Of a DNA stretch of 64,000 nt, positions 62,845 through 64,000 are shown piece by piece. A model generated the notes under the pieces. That model did no database searches and had not been told where the DNA came from. It saw only the letters and a list, made by a program, of their open reading frames with translations. The DNA lies in assembly GCF_001194135.2 (NCBI RefSeq), contig NC_069000.1:47706463-47770462 (forward strand), in the 5' to 3' direction. The translations under genes were made by a program, and so were the position numbers. Source of the stretch: Octopus bimaculoides. Its lineage: Eukaryota. Position 1 is the stretch's first letter, and each line of letters starts with the position of its first letter.

Positions 62845-64000
62845 TAATAGATACCACACTCCTGGATAATAAGAACACTGGAAATGCATGAAGTAGCAGA
62901 GAATATGAGAAGCCTTATATGGAATAGCATGAAATACTGGAGAACAGAATTGACAGCAGGGAAGCAAGTATTAGGAGAGATGAAAATCAAGAGAGGAATC
63001 TTCCAGGGAGACAGTGTGTCCCCACTGATATTTGTACTCGGAATGATCCCCTTGAGTGAAATACTACAAAAAACAAAATTGGGGTATATGATCTGGGAAG
63101 AGGTAAGGGAAAACTAAACCATTTGCTATTCATGGATGACCTGAAGCTATTCACAAAAACTGAGACAGGCTAGTCCAGTATGTAGTCCAGTATTTTCTCC
63201 AAAGATATTAAGATGGAGTTTGGACTCTCAAAATGTGCTACGATGGTAATGAGATGCAGAAAGCTTGCCAGGACAGAAGGCATATGGTTGCCAAGTGGTG
63301 AAATAATGAAGGCAATTCAACCTCAATCCAGCTATAAATACCTGGGAATACTTGAGGCAGATGGAATCAAACACCATGACATGAAAGAAAACACAAAAAG
63401 AGAGTACCTGTGGTGAGTGAGAAAAATATTGGCTTCAAAGCTGAATGCCAGAAACATAATTTCGGCAATAAACTCGTGCACAGTCGCAGTAGCTTGGTAT
63501 GGCACTAGAATCCTGAAGTGGATAGAGGAGGAGGAGCTAAAGGAGATGGACAGGATGTCAAGAAAGCTCTTAACGATGCATGGAACCCATCATCCACATG
63601 CAGATTCTGATCGCCTATACATGAAAAGAGCAAATGGAAGAAAAGGGCTGATAAGTGTGGAAGACTGCATGCATATCAAACTCATGAGTTTTATGAAATA
63701 CCTAGCCCAAAGTAAGGAAACTTTGCTAGTGACAGGAACGAGGGAGTATTGAGAGTAGAGAAAAAAGGGAGAACAAAGTACAAAAAGGACATGAAGAAGA
63801 ATTATGCAAGAAGGGACTACACAATCAACTCCATAAAGCTACAACAGAAGTTGCTGGTAAAATAGGTGGGATTGGCTGATGAAAGGAATCCTAAAAAAGG
63901 GACCGAGAGCACTATACTGGCAGTGCAAGACCAAGCTTTGGCCACAAACTGGAGGGTCAACCTCAGGAATGAGCAAGTGTCTGCGGTGTGGCATATCTGC
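62845..64000 (+). mobile_element. R4/Dong-like LINE RT domain fragment preceded by (TAA)n; runs off the window
   Basis: KIKRGIFQGDSVSPLIFVLGMIPLSEIL; NHLLFMDDLKLF; MEFGLSKCA; YKYLGILE; RKILASKLNARNIISAIN; ETESTILAVQDQALATN-like. Confidence 0.88.

Overview
Eukaryotic, AT-rich, gapped draft-assembly sequence that is dense in microsatellites, SINEs and LINEs. The repeat landscape resembles a coleoid cephalopod such as Octopus (inference). The only well-supported host gene is a minus-strand C2CD2/C2CD2L (TMEM24)-family ER-plasma membrane lipid-transfer protein gene. I could join 14 coding exons between 35515 and 4937 with GT-AG junctions and compatible phases: 1950 nt, 649 aa plus stop, covering the SMP domain, C2 domain, the conserved AETAIRE..TPTK.STLII motif and a polybasic tail. 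The first exon(s), encoding the start codon and ER transmembrane anchor, were not found; they may lie in an N gap or outside the window. The rest is mostly TE debris: RTE, CR1-like, R4/Dong-like and HERO-like LINE fragments, tRNA-derived SINEs, a Gypsy LTR/gag remnant, hAT and mariner remnants, Tigger-like MITEs, a Helentron-type non-autonomous element, a ~200-220 bp CpG-rich tandem array and several minisatellites. I cannot support a new multi-gene system here. The best leads are at the RNA-processing level: a 104-nt intron that is mostly microsatellite and reads through as a 29-Leu tail, a phase-matched candidate mutually exclusive or poison exon, in-frame alternative donors, and a SINE copy converted into a 29-bp hairpin with A-C mismatches in the pre-mRNA. 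At the TE level, R4/Dong fragments are tied to (TAA)n tracts in a strand-specific way.
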